A DNA stretch of 64,000 nucleotides from positions 7,502,001-7,566,000 of the forward strand of contig CM120642.1 of the NCBI GenBank assembly GCA_051362555.1, given 5' to 3'. This document shows, one piece after another, positions 11,400 through 25,200 of the stretch (positions within the stretch are counted from its first letter, which is position 1; the number at the start of each line of letters is the position of its first letter). The position numbers were made by a program, and so were the translations under genes. This stretch comes from Lingula anatina (Eukaryota > Animalia > Brachiopoda). The notes beneath the pieces were generated by a model that did not search any database, had not been told where the DNA came from, and saw only the letters and a program-made list of their open reading frames with translations.

Positions 11400-13222
11400 T
11401 AATATGCTTGACTCGGTCCACTCTTATCTCCCATTACGAAAAAGAAGCCATTCACCACTTTACAGATACTTACAAAATCGCTGCGCGCATGCGTGAGAAT
11501 TGCATTGTGGGAAAAAATAGAGCAAAACAAAAACAGCGAGTATCCGAATAATGGGGAATAACCTCGACGATCGCACACTCTGGTCCATGATTGTAAAATT
11601 AGCGGGAAATTACCTTTCTCGATACCTTCTATCATTTCTGCAACTTGAAACACAGCAGGTAGTCATTATTTTGTGTTCAAGAGCCTTCGCGCCATGAGTT
11701 CACGCTCTTTCCCCTCCCCACAATGCAGTTCGAGTTTCCTGTCGATGTACAACTGTAAAGTGATGAATGCTATTGGACAATGCGACCTCTGCGGTTACGT
11801 CATTTCCTGAATTGGATTGTGGAGAGGACCAAGTCAAGCGTCAAAGCAGGAATTTGGATTTACGGTTTGATTGTGCGTATGCCATGCACGGGTTTTACAA
11901 ACAAGCGACGGGATGATGTAGCCTGCAGTATTTGCGGTAAACATGCCAAGTTTTAGGCCGCTCCGATGCCCGGCAGTATTTTATTTCGATTATTATGTTT
12001 AAAATTGTGGAATCTTGTTTCACAAGCTTACTCTATTTTATTGTCTCTATGGAGGTATATGGGGACTTTACAACATTCGATTTGAGGGCTTTAACCACTT
12101 GTTATAGTTTATTTTTGCATTGTATTGGATTAATGTGGCAGTCCAAGGTTGTCCTAGGTGGTTTTCAAGTTTATGCACCCGATTTTTATATCATTTAGCG
12201 ATTTTACGACAATCGTTTACTATCCAATCAAGGTGACAGCCGAGCGTGTTCCTTATTATCAGTAGAACGTTAAGTAAATATAACAAAGTAATAGTAGAAG
12301 TGTGGCGTCGGTTAGAAAGTCTACAACTGTACAAAGGGCAATGCACCATATAATGGTAAACGCGATCTACGGAAAGGGGTTTTCCCAGATTCCCTTTCCA
12401 AATATTTTTCATAAAAACCATAGAAAATTATACCGTTTTTAAATAAAAAAAATATTTAAGTGAACACGCACATACTTGTAAAATGCGCTATGGTTGCCAA
12501 TTCTGCAATTTTTTGTTTGCTGCACAGGCAAAGACTGCTTTAGAAACACTCCAAAAACAGCTCTCAACGCGCACGAAGAAACTCTTCAGTGGATGGAGGG
12601 AATAGGGATTTAATTCATTCCCACAATGCAACAGAATACCATTCGTTACTCTTCGGATCCTTTCGTCACTTGGTCATGTGATCAAATTGTGAAAAACTAC
12701 CCAATCAGATTACTTGTATTGAATCACATGGTAGGGAATCCCCATGAATAATCAATTTCCGGGTAAAGAATTTCCGCTCGGCAATCTTCGTTGTTTTCTG
12801 TGACAAGCGTAAAACTTTTCATCAACAGCCGCCATTTTGGGTAATTTTAGATCCTAAATTTTCCTTTTTTTAGCGTTAATATACCGTTCAGATTCTGATT
12901 CGAACGGATCGCTTCACATTGAACATATCTAGGATGACACACGGAACTCACTGAGATCGACAGGTGTGATTTTAGAGTGGATCTGGAGTAGTCAAAGTTC
13001 AGCGGAGATACGGGGTAATTTGCTTTGTGCGGCAATTCCAGGTGAAATTATGACTTGACATCAGGCGAAATTATCTTAACTGCTTATATGGCACCTTGGA
13101 TTTGATCTGCAAAGCTTTGTGAGCATTCGCAGACAACGATAGGATGTATTTAGACCGTTATTATTCAGTATTTATTCGAGAATTGTGAACCATTTGCAAA
13201 ATTCGCAAGAAGAGATCACAAC
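11400..13222. promoter_or_regulatory. CpG-rich promoter region between divergent CBP and mini-CBP
   Basis: CpG-enriched relative to gene bodies. Three ZNF143/Staf-like motifs (T/C)CCCACAATGCA at 11501-11513 (-), 11715-11727 (+) and 12618-12630 (+). Also NRF1-like GCGCATGCG near 11485, CCAAT boxes (11772, 11811, 12701), CRE-like TTACGTCA at 11795-11802 and YY1-like CCGCCATTTT at 12829-12838. Candidate minus-strand first-exon donors at 11473 and ~11613. Confidence 0.7.
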
Positions 13223-16200
13223 ATGGCCGACCAACTTGTGGACGGGCCTCCTAACAAGAGGCAAAAGATACAATCCCCGGCTCTTACTCCCAGCGAAAAT
13301 GTCGGTAAGTACCAGTTTTAAGTTTGAACAAGTGTAAAGATGTTTAAGTGCTGCATCTGTAAAAAAGATACTGGTGAAAATGTTCAAGTCTTAATTTTTC
13401 GAATCCAACGACTTTTGCAATGCGGCATGGGCCGGTGAAATAAACAGTTAATCTAAATTATAAAATGGTTACATGGTTGTTTATTTGACCAGCCCATATT
13501 GCACATATTTATATGTTATATATTAGCAGTATAAGGTTTAATATTTTGGATGCGTATGCTCTTTGCTGCATTTGCAAGGTATTTTGAGAACAAGCATTAT
13601 GTGATGCATGCTGAATTTCATTCATGTTTTTACATTAAAATAGATGTAATTTTTAAAAAATGTGTTAAAAATCATATGAATATAAAGTGTATTTGGTCAA
13701 AAAATAAAATTGTCTTTCCTTGTTTAATATTTAATTTTTAAATTAATTTTAGAATTCTTCGGCAAGTTATTGGACGACTTGGAAAATGACTTGCCAGACG
13801 AACTTGTTGGATCATCAACGGAGAACCAGAATGGGCCTACAGTGGCACAGAAAGCTCTGGATGATAACCCCAACAATCCTTCGAGGCACCAGCAACTGTC
13901 ACAGCTCCTCTCTTCAGATTCTCCCACTCCCGGACAGACCAGCAATAGCTCTAGCCCACAGCATTCGAGTTCAGGGCACATCCAAGGACAGGCATCTGTG
14001 GCCAGTAGCATGGCCAATAGCATGAACTCCAATGCCAACAACATGAAAAGTCCATTATCAAACAGTTTATCTTCCCCTCCAAACAGAGGGGTGGCAACTT
14101 CAACACCCCACAGTATGGGAGGCAATGACTTGAATTCCTTGAATTCAAACATGAACTCTATGAATAGCACTATGTACAGTATGGCTAACAATATGGGCAT
14201 TGGGAATAACATGTCAGTGGCTAATTCAATGGGAGGCATGTCTGTGTCCAATTCTATGAGCATGGCAAGTATGTCAATGGCAAATTCTATTAATTCAGTC
14301 AACTCCATGAATACAAAACTTGTGACTTCACAACCAATGATGAACACTGGTGGAAATATGCAGCATTTAAATCCATTGATGAATGGGCCAAGCACTATAT
14401 CACTGGGCGGCCCTAACAGGCCACAGCAGATGAATCCAAATTTTAATTCACAAGGCAATATGATGGGGGGACCCAATGCAATGGGAAACCACATGGGTCC
14501 ATCCTCAATGGGGAATACTATGAACAGTATGGGTAACGTCATGTCCAGCTCTGGAGGAAACCTGCTTGGGACACAACTCAATGCCTCCCAGCCTAACATG
14601 GGACATCCCGGAGGACCTGGGATGAACACGGGAGGAGGAGTGCCAAATGCATTGCTCAAGGTAGGTCATGTTTGTTATCTCATTACTGCTCTGTTCTTTT
14701 TTTAATGTTAGATGATATTCTTTACTAAAATGTTAGATGCCATTTATGGGAAGGTTTTTTCAATATTCTGCTGGATTTTGGAAAATGCTTGTGGTAATTT
14801 TCCAAGCATTATTTTCTAAAAAGTCAAAACTGTACAGAGGAGTAGTTGTTGACTTGGTTTTTCTTGTCTTCTCTAATTTAAATTGTATTGAATTCACCGA
14901 CACTGAAAAAACAAGGCAGTGTAGAATATGAGTGGGAGCATGGGTCATATTTGGGTAAATGACTTGTTAGAAACTAAGAGTTTGCTGTGGATGTCATGCT
15001 TTTTTCTGGAGGCCATTTGTTGCTTTGTCTCCTATCTAATTTGAAGTTGGACAATGCTTTTGGTATAGATTCAATCAGATCTTAACAAACGTATATGCTG
15101 TCAGGAACCCAGAACATTTAGAGACCAATTTTGCAAGCAATAGCCTTTTGCCTTTTGCTCAGACTAGAAGAACAAGAGGCAGAAAGGGGAGGGGCTGACA
15201 TTAAAAATTCTTGCCAAAGCTGCATCAGATTAATATTATAAATGAATATTGTGTTTATTTTTCTGAAGTGGATACTGTACTTCATTCCTGGGTGGAAAAT
15301 CTTCATTTTGATAAATGTCAGTGAGCAGAAGATGGGTTTTTGAAGTTGTTTGTGCCACTGTCCCACTCCAAGTTGGTGTGTGTGGAGAAACTAGGTCACT
15401 GCATGGGGAAGCCATGTTAGGTCTATTTACTTTGCACTGAATAGCCTAACTATAGTTGTAGCAAGAGTAGTTGGGTATTTTAAGACCCAGAAGATTCTTA
15501 AATCTGGGGCATTTCCTAAAGAAAGGAATAGCTTTGGCTTATTGATGTTAACATGGAAATATGTGAATGTCAAAAGGGGTCTTTCATAACTATGTTGCTG
15601 TTTAATTTGAACATTTATAGAAGAGGTGTGTCTGACTGTGGGAAACTCCTTTGTTCTTTGTCCTGAGCACATGTTGTAAAGGCAGTTCATTTTAGGATGG
15701 GTACTGTTTGTTCTTATTTTCCACATATTAATACTAGGCATTGTTGGTCTTGAGAATTTACATGTGAATTGGTTTTCATGTGGAAGTGAATGGTGAGACA
15801 AGGCAGTAGCTCACATGGCATGAGATCTATGGAGAATAGTCTCTTTAGTTCAGGGTTATATCAGGAATCATTTTATATACATATGATTGTTCCAATATTT
15901 AGCCAAATTATTTTATTTTAATTTTTAATCGGACATTAACCCTTCAGACAATACATGTAGGTTGTATGAAGAAAAACTCTGACTCCTGTGGTTTAAATAA
16001 AAAAAGGTTATGTATACATATTTGATTTTCAGTTGTTGTGACTCTTGATACTGTTAACTTTTGGACAATTTGAAAAACTGTGAATAATATAATGAATTGA
16101 AAGTTAAAGATTGACTGGCATTTATATGAAATATATATATTGAAAAGGTTATGTTTTGATAGTTAATGTGATTTATAAATAAAGTATATTTATAAATAAT

Positions 16201-19200
16201 ATAAGTAATATATTGTGTCAATTAACTGTACTGCTGCATGTGAGTAATATATATTAGTAAAATTATTTTGTACAGATAAGTATAGCATGTTATATGAAGT
16301 AGGAAGATGCCCAATTGTTTTCAGTTTCCTCCTAAGACTAGTGGGTTTTGAAAAGGTGTGGTAGACCACCTTCTGGTCTTAGGTATGATTAAACTCAAAG
16401 ATTGCAGATTGAGGACTTAAACTAAATGCTTAAGAATAAATTAATAATTATGTTTTTAAGTCAATTTGTCATTTACTTAATGGACAAAAATCAGCTAAAA
16501 TGAGAATGTTTGCCTTGATAGGGCTCTGATGGAGAGAGGGCATAGAAGGACATTTGTTAATAATGTTAATATGAATAATCAGAGTTAGGTTGATATTGCA
16601 TACTAAGGTGTTATAAGCGGCCTTGATTGTCCCCATACTGTTAATTCCATTAAAGAGGGTTAGGTTCTCTATTGTATGGTATTGACTTTGTAGAGGGTCA
16701 AATGAATGCAATCAAAGGGTGCTTTCCCAGAGATTTAGATCGATCTAAAGATTAAGTTTTAGATCGACCTAACTCCCTGGGGGTTCAGGCTAAATTGCAG
16801 TCAGCCGAGCGGACACCATAGTTAATTACCCCCTTACAGCTTTTAGTAGGCAGGACAGAGGCTTAAGCCGGCCAAGCTGACAGTAACCTTGTGAGACTCC
16901 CCACAGGGATAGATCTATCTAAAAATCTATGGAAATGGGGTGTAATTGACCTGTAATTTCAACAAGAGGTGTTAGGAGCCAGCAAGGCAAAATGCTTCTG
17001 AAGTGTGTGTTTGCAATTTAAGCTAATTTTGTAAGACTGGGCTTACTATTTTGCAATGTAGGAGTAGTAAGTATGGCAGTCTTGTAATTTGTGGTATAGA
17101 CCCAAAGTCTGTTTTTGGCTAACTGAGATTAAATTTTGTGTGTGTCTATATGTACACCAAGCTTGTGTCCTTGGGTGATTTTCCCAGTTGTTTTGTCAGT
17201 TGTAAGAGCCGTTTTATACTTAATGTCAGGAGGAGGCGAGGCATTTCACTCTATTGATTATCTCTGTAGTAGGGGCATTTCATTGGATTAATTGGTCATA
17301 AACAACAGAGTAAACTTGTTTCATCAGTTGAAAGTTGAGAGGCCTAGCACTGAGCGGGACATTTCAATCCCCCTTTTTTTTCCAAAGCTTTTAGTTTAGG
17401 TACACTATAAAAGATTCTGAAATTAGTTCTTGTGAAATTTACGTAATGTGATCACATCCTTACTCTTTATATTCATGTTAAATGTGAAAGGTTGAGGCAG
17501 ATGATACTGACAAGTTCATATTGAGAGGTCACAGAAGTTATACAAAAGATAATTTTCAAATTATTGCAACTACTGCAAACAGTTTTCTAGAGCAGACTGA
17601 TTTGATGAATTATTGATGCTGTTTCATATTGTTTATTAGGCAGTTTTATTTCATCTGTAAATTTAGGAATAACAAGAGTTTTCTATCTCCCTGCAACATC
17701 TAATTTGTGGCACAAATTTGGTGTGTACCGTAGATATACTCGCTTAGCTATAAGAATTGTGCCTATAACCAAAAAGCAATTAAAACTTCATTCCTCACAG
17801 TAATTGAGTATTTATGTTAAAGATATTTGTATCTGACTTTTCATTTCAGCTGGCTCCCCAACCAGGCTTGACCCAGCAGGCACCACCGACTGCACATGCA
17901 GACCCAGAGAAACGGAAACTTATCCAACAACAGTTGGTGCTGCTGCTTCATGCACACAAATGTCAGAGGCGTGAACAAGCCAATGGAGAAGTTCGCCAGT
18001 GTACACTGCCACATTGTCGTACCATGAAAAATGTATTGAATCACATGACAACTTGCAATGCAGGGAAGAACTGTCAGGGTAAATGCATCATCTTATTTTA
18101 TGGAACTTTATGCTTATACAATTAATTGAGGGATTTTTAGTGCTGACATTTTCAACCGACTCTTTTTGATATTGTGGAATCATTTGGAATATTCTTTTTC
18201 AGTTGCTCACTGTGCATCTTCACGCCAGATTATATCTCATTGGAAAAATTGTACTCGTCAGGATTGTCCTGTTTGCTTGCCGCTGAAGCATGCTTCAGCA
18301 GATAGGAGAACTACAGGTGAGTTTTAATATAAGATACTCATTTTATGACATACATTTGCTTTCCAGATTGTAGGTATGTTTTCCATATTTTACTCTTCCC
18401 AATTTCTTTCAGCATCTGTTCTTGCTGCTCTTGCAGGACCTAATTCAGGTCAAAATCTGTTAGGATCCAGTCAAGGCCCAGCTCCTATTGAGATGCAGAA
18501 GGCCTATGCTGCACTTGGTCTCCCCTATCCCTCACAGGGACCCAACAGTCAGCCACAGCTTAGGCCATCTCTCAATACTTCTCAAGGTAAAAGAAGGCTT
18601 ATTTCTTTTAATGAATAATATGAACTTGTGGTTGGGACATATTGAATTTTGTTGAATCTTTTACTTAGTTGGTTATGGAGAAATTAATCCCAAGCTGTGA
18701 TGAAATGGTCAGCATATATATTTCCAGCTAAATATTGACAGAACAGAAGATCTTGAAAGATTCTGGCAAGCGACTGAACAAGTTCTGGTTTTGTGATTTC
18801 TAGAAATTGTTTTAATTATAATTATTTTTTAGACCCTTATGATATTTGAATTGGAACAAAATCTATTATTTTAGGGGAAGGGGGGATAAATTTCCTTTCT
18901 TAAGGTGTCTCATTGTAGAAATTTTTCCAGGTCCAATGCAGCAAACTGGTGGCATAATGTCTCCTCCCATGGATGCTGCTCGTATGAACCAAAACACCAA
19001 CCTTATCTCACAGCAGCTGCAGATGGGAAGCACTGGTAATCTGAGTGGTTCTTTGGGGACTGGACCAAATCAGAATATAGCCATGACAAATAAAGGAACA
19101 AAAGACTGGCACAACCATGTGACACAGGACTTGAGAAATCACCTGGTGCATAAGTTGTAAGTTGTAGCCTGTATGCCTTGTTGCTGTTTTTGTTGTTGTT

Positions 19201-22200
19201 ATTGTTGACATAAAGTGTCATTTGTTATCCATTTTTAGTCACTGTAGTTTCATATCAATTGATAAATCCTCACTTCATCTTAATAGGTGTACTGTACATA
19301 GTTTAAAACTTGATTTCGTATGCCCATTTAAATAAAGGTTTGAAGAACAATGTTGAAGAGGTAAAGTGAAAAGTTGACAATTCTATTCAACAGGTTTTCT
19401 ACATTGTGTTCCAGGGTTCAAGCAATATTCCCTACCCCAGATCCCCAAGCATTAAAGGACAGGAGGATGAATAATCTAGTCGCCTACGCCCGTAAAGTTG
19501 AGGGAGACATGTACGAAACAGCAAACAGCCGAGAAGAGTATTACCACTTGTTAGCTGAGAAAATCTACAAGATCCAAAAGGAACTTGAGGAGAAAAGAAA
19601 AGCCAGGATGCAGGGCAAAGATCAAAATAACCAGCAAGGTGGAGGGTTGCAGAGCAGTCTGAATTCAGCCTTGGGCTTGTCAAGTCAAAGTAAGAATAAA
19701 TAGACACTGTGATTTAAGTATATTGCATTGTGTGTGTGTGTTGCTTTGCCATGGGCGATGAAACTTTTAAAAGTTTCCTGTTGCTTGTAAATGGAAAATT
19801 TTTATCTTTGCCCAAATATTGCAAAAGAAGAATTTGACGAAAATTTAAACTGCCTTTATAAAATGTAAAAAATTATAGTTCCAAGAGTTTAAAAAAAGTG
19901 AGAGTGATAGTTGTGGCTTGGAAATAATATCGACCTCGGTGTTGGGCACAGGCTCAATATTTGATTTTACAGACGGTCCGCCGCTGATGAACACCAACCT
20001 TAGGATGTCCAACCCCAACCTTCAGAACGACCCCTACTCCATGGCGCCAGCGACGCCCTTCCAGAGAACAGGGTCTCTGCAGGGTCTGAACAGCTTAGGG
20101 GGTCCCAGGCCACCCCTGGCAGGACCCCAGGGGAACAATGGACAGGTAATGCAAGGCGGGATGACCAATTCCAACACCCTGAGTGCAGCACTGAAGGAAT
20201 CAAGGGAGGCTTTACAAGCTTCTTTGCATAAAAATGAAATGCAGGTAAATAATCATTTTTTTCATGTTGTTTTATGAAATGTTTAAGTTACGATGAAATA
20301 TTGCTTGTTAACTGAAGTGATCGAAATTTTAAGCTGAAGTATTTCTTTCTATTTGTCTTTGTTTCCTGTACTTATTTGATGGGAATTTGTTTTATGAATT
20401 CAAGTTCAAGCAGCAGCAGCTGCAACAGCTACAGCAACAGCAGCAAAACCAACAACATCAACAATCTTTACAACAACAGCAGCAGCAACCACCTGGCTCT
20501 AACCAGTCCATGCAGCAGCAACAACAACAGCAGCAGCAACAGAAGCAGCAGTTAGTACAAGGACTGCAACAGATGGGCCAGGGGATGCAGGCAGGCCAGA
20601 CCCCTCTACAGTCAAACCAACAAGTCAAGGTGGAACCAGGACAGAAACCCCCCTCAGCTCAGGGTGGGAAAGGAACCCCCTTGTCTCAGGCATCAAACGC
20701 AGACAGCAGCAACATAGAGATCAAGAAGGAGCTGAAGCAGGAGTCGACTGGAAAGATGGAGCCCGAGGATGGAGGAGGTGGCGCCACCTCTGTGTCTGTG
20801 AAAGAGGACACTAGCTCCCAAGAGGTGCCCACTCCCAAGTCAACAGCCAGTGCAACTGGTGGGGAGAACAGTAATGATAGTAAACCCCCCAGTGTGGCCC
20901 CCTCTCCAGCACCCCAGTCCAAACCCAAGACAAAGAAAGGTACGGGGGTTACTCATCATCTTCAAGGGGGGATAAAAAATGTTTGCTAAATGATCATTTT
21001 TCTGTGAGGTTAGCTAGAAAAGGTTGTCGAGACATGCACTTGATGTTATAATAGTTTTGGAGATGTATTGAAGAGTGAATGAGAAATTGTTGAAATTTTT
21101 GTGAAAAAAAGTTTAGAAAGTAGATAGTAATAAAGCATTGGAACAAATTTTATAATACAGGAATATGATAGATGTGTAGAGAAAACATGACAAAACATTT
21201 AACCTTTCTTTCATTTAAGTGTTCAAACCTGATGAACTGAGGCAGGCATTAATGCCCACACTGGAGAAGCTATACAGGCAAGACCCTGAATCATTGCCGT
21301 TTAGGCAACCTGTGGATCCTATACTTTTACAAATACCAGTAAGTTCACTTCATCTTTTGTTGTAACTCAATTATTTTTGACTGTTTATAATTGAATTTTG
21401 TCATATTTAGTTTGACTGCTATATATAATCTTAAATGGAAGTAGACCTGAATTTTGTTCTTAATGTAACACTAATTTTTGGGCATAAGTTATTTTGTGGA
21501 ACTGTCCCCAAATATTCTCATCACAGACACGAAACGGTAGGCCAATTCTAGCCTTTAATAGTTAACTGACTTAGCTGTCAGTGCCTCAGTCTAAAGTGTC
21601 TCCCTTTATCTTCAGGATTACTACGATATTGTAAAGAAACCCATGGACCTGTCCACTATCAAGCGCAAGCTGGACACTGGTCAGTACCAGGACCCCTGGG
21701 AGTATGTGGAAGACGTCTACATCATGTTCAACAATGCCTGGCTCTACAACAGGAAGACCTCCCGGGTATATAAATACTGCTCCAAGGTAAGCGGTGCCTG
21801 TGCTCAAGTATCGTAGTGGGGTGGGAAATGTGTTGGGGTTGATGGCACATTGATTTTCATGGCACATCATCAAGTACTTAGTCTAGTGTTTCAGGTCTTC
21901 ACTGCTGTTTATATTTGATTTTCCCCCCAGTAAGGATTATAGTATTATTTTTCTTTTACAGAATATTTTGCCTTTTTTTTTTCTTATTGCCAAGAAAGAT
22001 TTAAAAACTTGCATTAATGTATGTGTCATGATAGCAAAAAATCTATTTTGTGAGAATTGAAATATATATCATTTAAATGTAAATGAAACAAAAGTTTTTA
22101 CATTATCAGGAACCATATAAGGAAAGGGCTCTGATAATAACCTTTTTCATTTTCTTTTCTTTTAGCTTTCCGAGGTGTTTGAAAATGAAATTGATGGGGT

Positions 22201-25200
22201 GATGCAGTCATTGGGCTATTGTTGTGGCAGGAAGTATGTCTTCTGTCCCCAAGTGTTGTGTTGCTATGGAAAACAACTCTGCACAATCCCAAGAGATGCT
22301 GTGTATTATGCTTATGAAAACAGGTGAGATCATCATTTTTTTTATTTCGCAGCATTCAGACCAGTGTTATTTTAGATTGGAGATGTTGAGTTTGGTCTCC
22401 TGATAGCATGTTAAAGACCAAGTTCCAATCTGAAATAGTTCGGGTCTGAACAGACCCTTTGCTGTTTTATTATTGTACCACCAGCGTTAGCGCTGGCGGT
22501 ACACATGGTTTCGGTCCCGTCCGGATCGTTCCGCCGGCTCCGCCGGCTCCGCCGGCTCCGTTGGCTCCGCCGGACAGCTACCGTTACCGCTTCTCCTCCT
22601 AGACGGTAAGGGCCCCCATACCCATCTCATGGATTTAGGTCACCTATAATCTCAACTCGTTCCACGTAAAATTTGGGCTTTGTCGGTATTGGGGTCTGGG
22701 TGTGGCACTCATTGCAATGCACCCTTGTCTAAAAATGGCAAAATTAAATGCTAATTATCTACCCTACGGAAGGAGTTATGGGAAAAATTTCTATAGACAG
22801 CTTTCCAAAAGTCATATGTGTAGATTTCAAATATACCCTTGGATTTGACCTTTGACCTTTACTTCAAGGTCAAATGGGCCAAAATTTTCAAAAAAATGAA
22901 ATTTTTTACGAAAAAAAATTTTTTTGCCCTGTTTTTCAGACACCACACAGACTTAACCAATAATATTATTGGAAAGTGTTACCCTTCAGGTCATCTTTCA
23001 TCTCCATGAATTTGGGGTCAATCGGTGCATTTTCACGGGAGTAGCGGCCATAAGATACCGAAACTGAAAACTGTCTCTAATTCGGGAACCGTTAATGCTA
23101 GAGACCCATTCTTTTTTGCATTTTGTAGAGCATGTAAAGCCCAACACTGGAGGTGGTCTCGGTTTTTTTGTATTCCATACGGTTTTCGAGTTACGCTGTA
23201 TCAAAAAGTACATATTAGTGGTAAAAGCAAAATGTGCAGTACGGTAATGGATAATAAATTTTGAACTCTGGAAAAATAAAACATAAGGCTTGGCAAAGCA
23301 GACAACTTGTGTTCAAAAATGACATTATTTCATCAAATTTGAACTTCTGAAACTTCAGAGCACCTCCTATTTCAAGAATTTTGACCAAAATGACATTTTC
23401 TTTATTTTAATTAATTTTTTCTGTACGAAATTTAAGGCACATTATGGTAACTCCAAAATTATAACATTTAGTCCCTTATATCTCCAAAACTGGCAGAGAT
23501 AGGTCCATAGTTACTATTGAAGTTGAATAGGAAGTCATATACTGGCAATCTTCCTATGACCTTGAAAGTGACCTTTGACCTACTTTTCACCATGAACTGA
23601 ACTTTGCAAATTTTTCTTCCCTTTTATCTCCAAAACTGGCAGAGATAGGTCCATAGTTACTATTGAACTTGAATAGGAAGTCATATACTGGCAATCTAAA
23701 TGTGACCTTAAAATTGACCTTTGACCTACTTTTCACCATAAACTGAACTTTGCAAAATTTGCTTCCCTTTTATCTCCAAAACTGGCAGAGATAGGTCCAT
23801 AGTTACTATTGAAGTTGAATAGGAAGTCATATACTGGCAATCTTCCTATGACCTTGAAAGTGACCTTTGACCTACTTTTCACCATGAACTGAACTTTGCA
23901 AATTTTTCTTCCCTTTTATCTCCAAAACTGGCAGAGATAGGTCCATAGTTACTATTGAACTTGAATAGGAAGTCATATACTGGCAATCTAAATGTGACCT
24001 TGAAATTGACCTTTGACCTACTTTTCACCATAAACTGAACTTTGCAAAATTTGCTTCCCTTTTATCTCCAAAACTGGCAGAGATAGGTCCATAGTTACTA
24101 TTGAACTTGAATAGGAAGTCATATACTGGCAATCTAAATGTGACCTTAAAATTGACCTTTGACCTACTTTACACCATGAACTGAATTTTGCAAATTTTGC
24201 TTTCCTTTTATCTCCAAAACTGGCAGAGATAGGTCCATAGTTACTATTGAACTTGAATAGGAAGTCATATACTGGCAATCTAAATGTGACCTTGAAATTG
24301 ACCTTTGACCTACTTTTCACCATGAACTGAACTTTGCAAATTTTGCTTTCCTTTTATCTCCAAAACTGGCAGAGATAGGTCCATAGTTACTATTGAACTT
24401 GAAAAGGAAGTCATATACTGGCAATCTAAATGTGACCTTAAAATTGACCTTTGACCTACTTTACACCATGAACTGAATTTTGCAAATTTTGCTTCCCTTT
24501 TATCTCCAAAACTGGCAGAGATAGGTCCATAGTTACTATTGAACTTGAATAGGAAGTCATATACTGGCAATCTAAATGTGACCTTGAAATTGACCTTTGA
24601 CCTACTTTTCACCATGAACTGAACTTTGCAAATTTTGCTTTCCTTTTATCTCCAAAACTGGCAGAGATAGGTCCATAGTTACTATTGAACTTGAATAGGA
24701 AGTCATATACTGGCAATCTAAATGTGACCTTAAAATTGACCTTTGACCTACTTTACACAATGAACTGAATTTTGCAAATTTTGCTTTCCTTTTATCTCCA
24801 AAACTGGCAGAGATAGGTCCATAGTTACTATTGAACTTGAATAGGAAGTCATATACTGGCATTATAAATGTGACATTAAAATTGACCTTTGTCCTACTTT
24901 TCACCATAAACTGAACTTTGCAAATTTTGCTTCCCTTTTATCTCCAAAACTGGCAGAGATAGGTCCATAGTTACTATTGAACTTGAATAGAAAGTCATAT
25001 ACTGGCAATCTAAATGTGACCTTGAAATTGACCTTTGACCTACTTTTTATCATGAACTGAACTCTGCTAATTTCTTTCTCTTTTAACTTCAAACTTGACA
25101 GAGATAGGTCCATAGTTACTCTTGAACTTGAATAGGAAGTCATATACTGGCAATTTACTGTGACCTTGAAATTGACCCTTGACCTACCTTACGAAGAACT

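Noticed and set aside
13724-14659. 311-aa antisense ORF
   Set aside because: Shadow of the Met/Asn/Ser-rich CBP exon 2; no independent signals.
23470-25200. CRISPR array or repeated 101-aa protein genes
   Set aside because: No unique spacers, eukaryotic intron context; the ORFs are by-products of the 292-bp satellite dimer.
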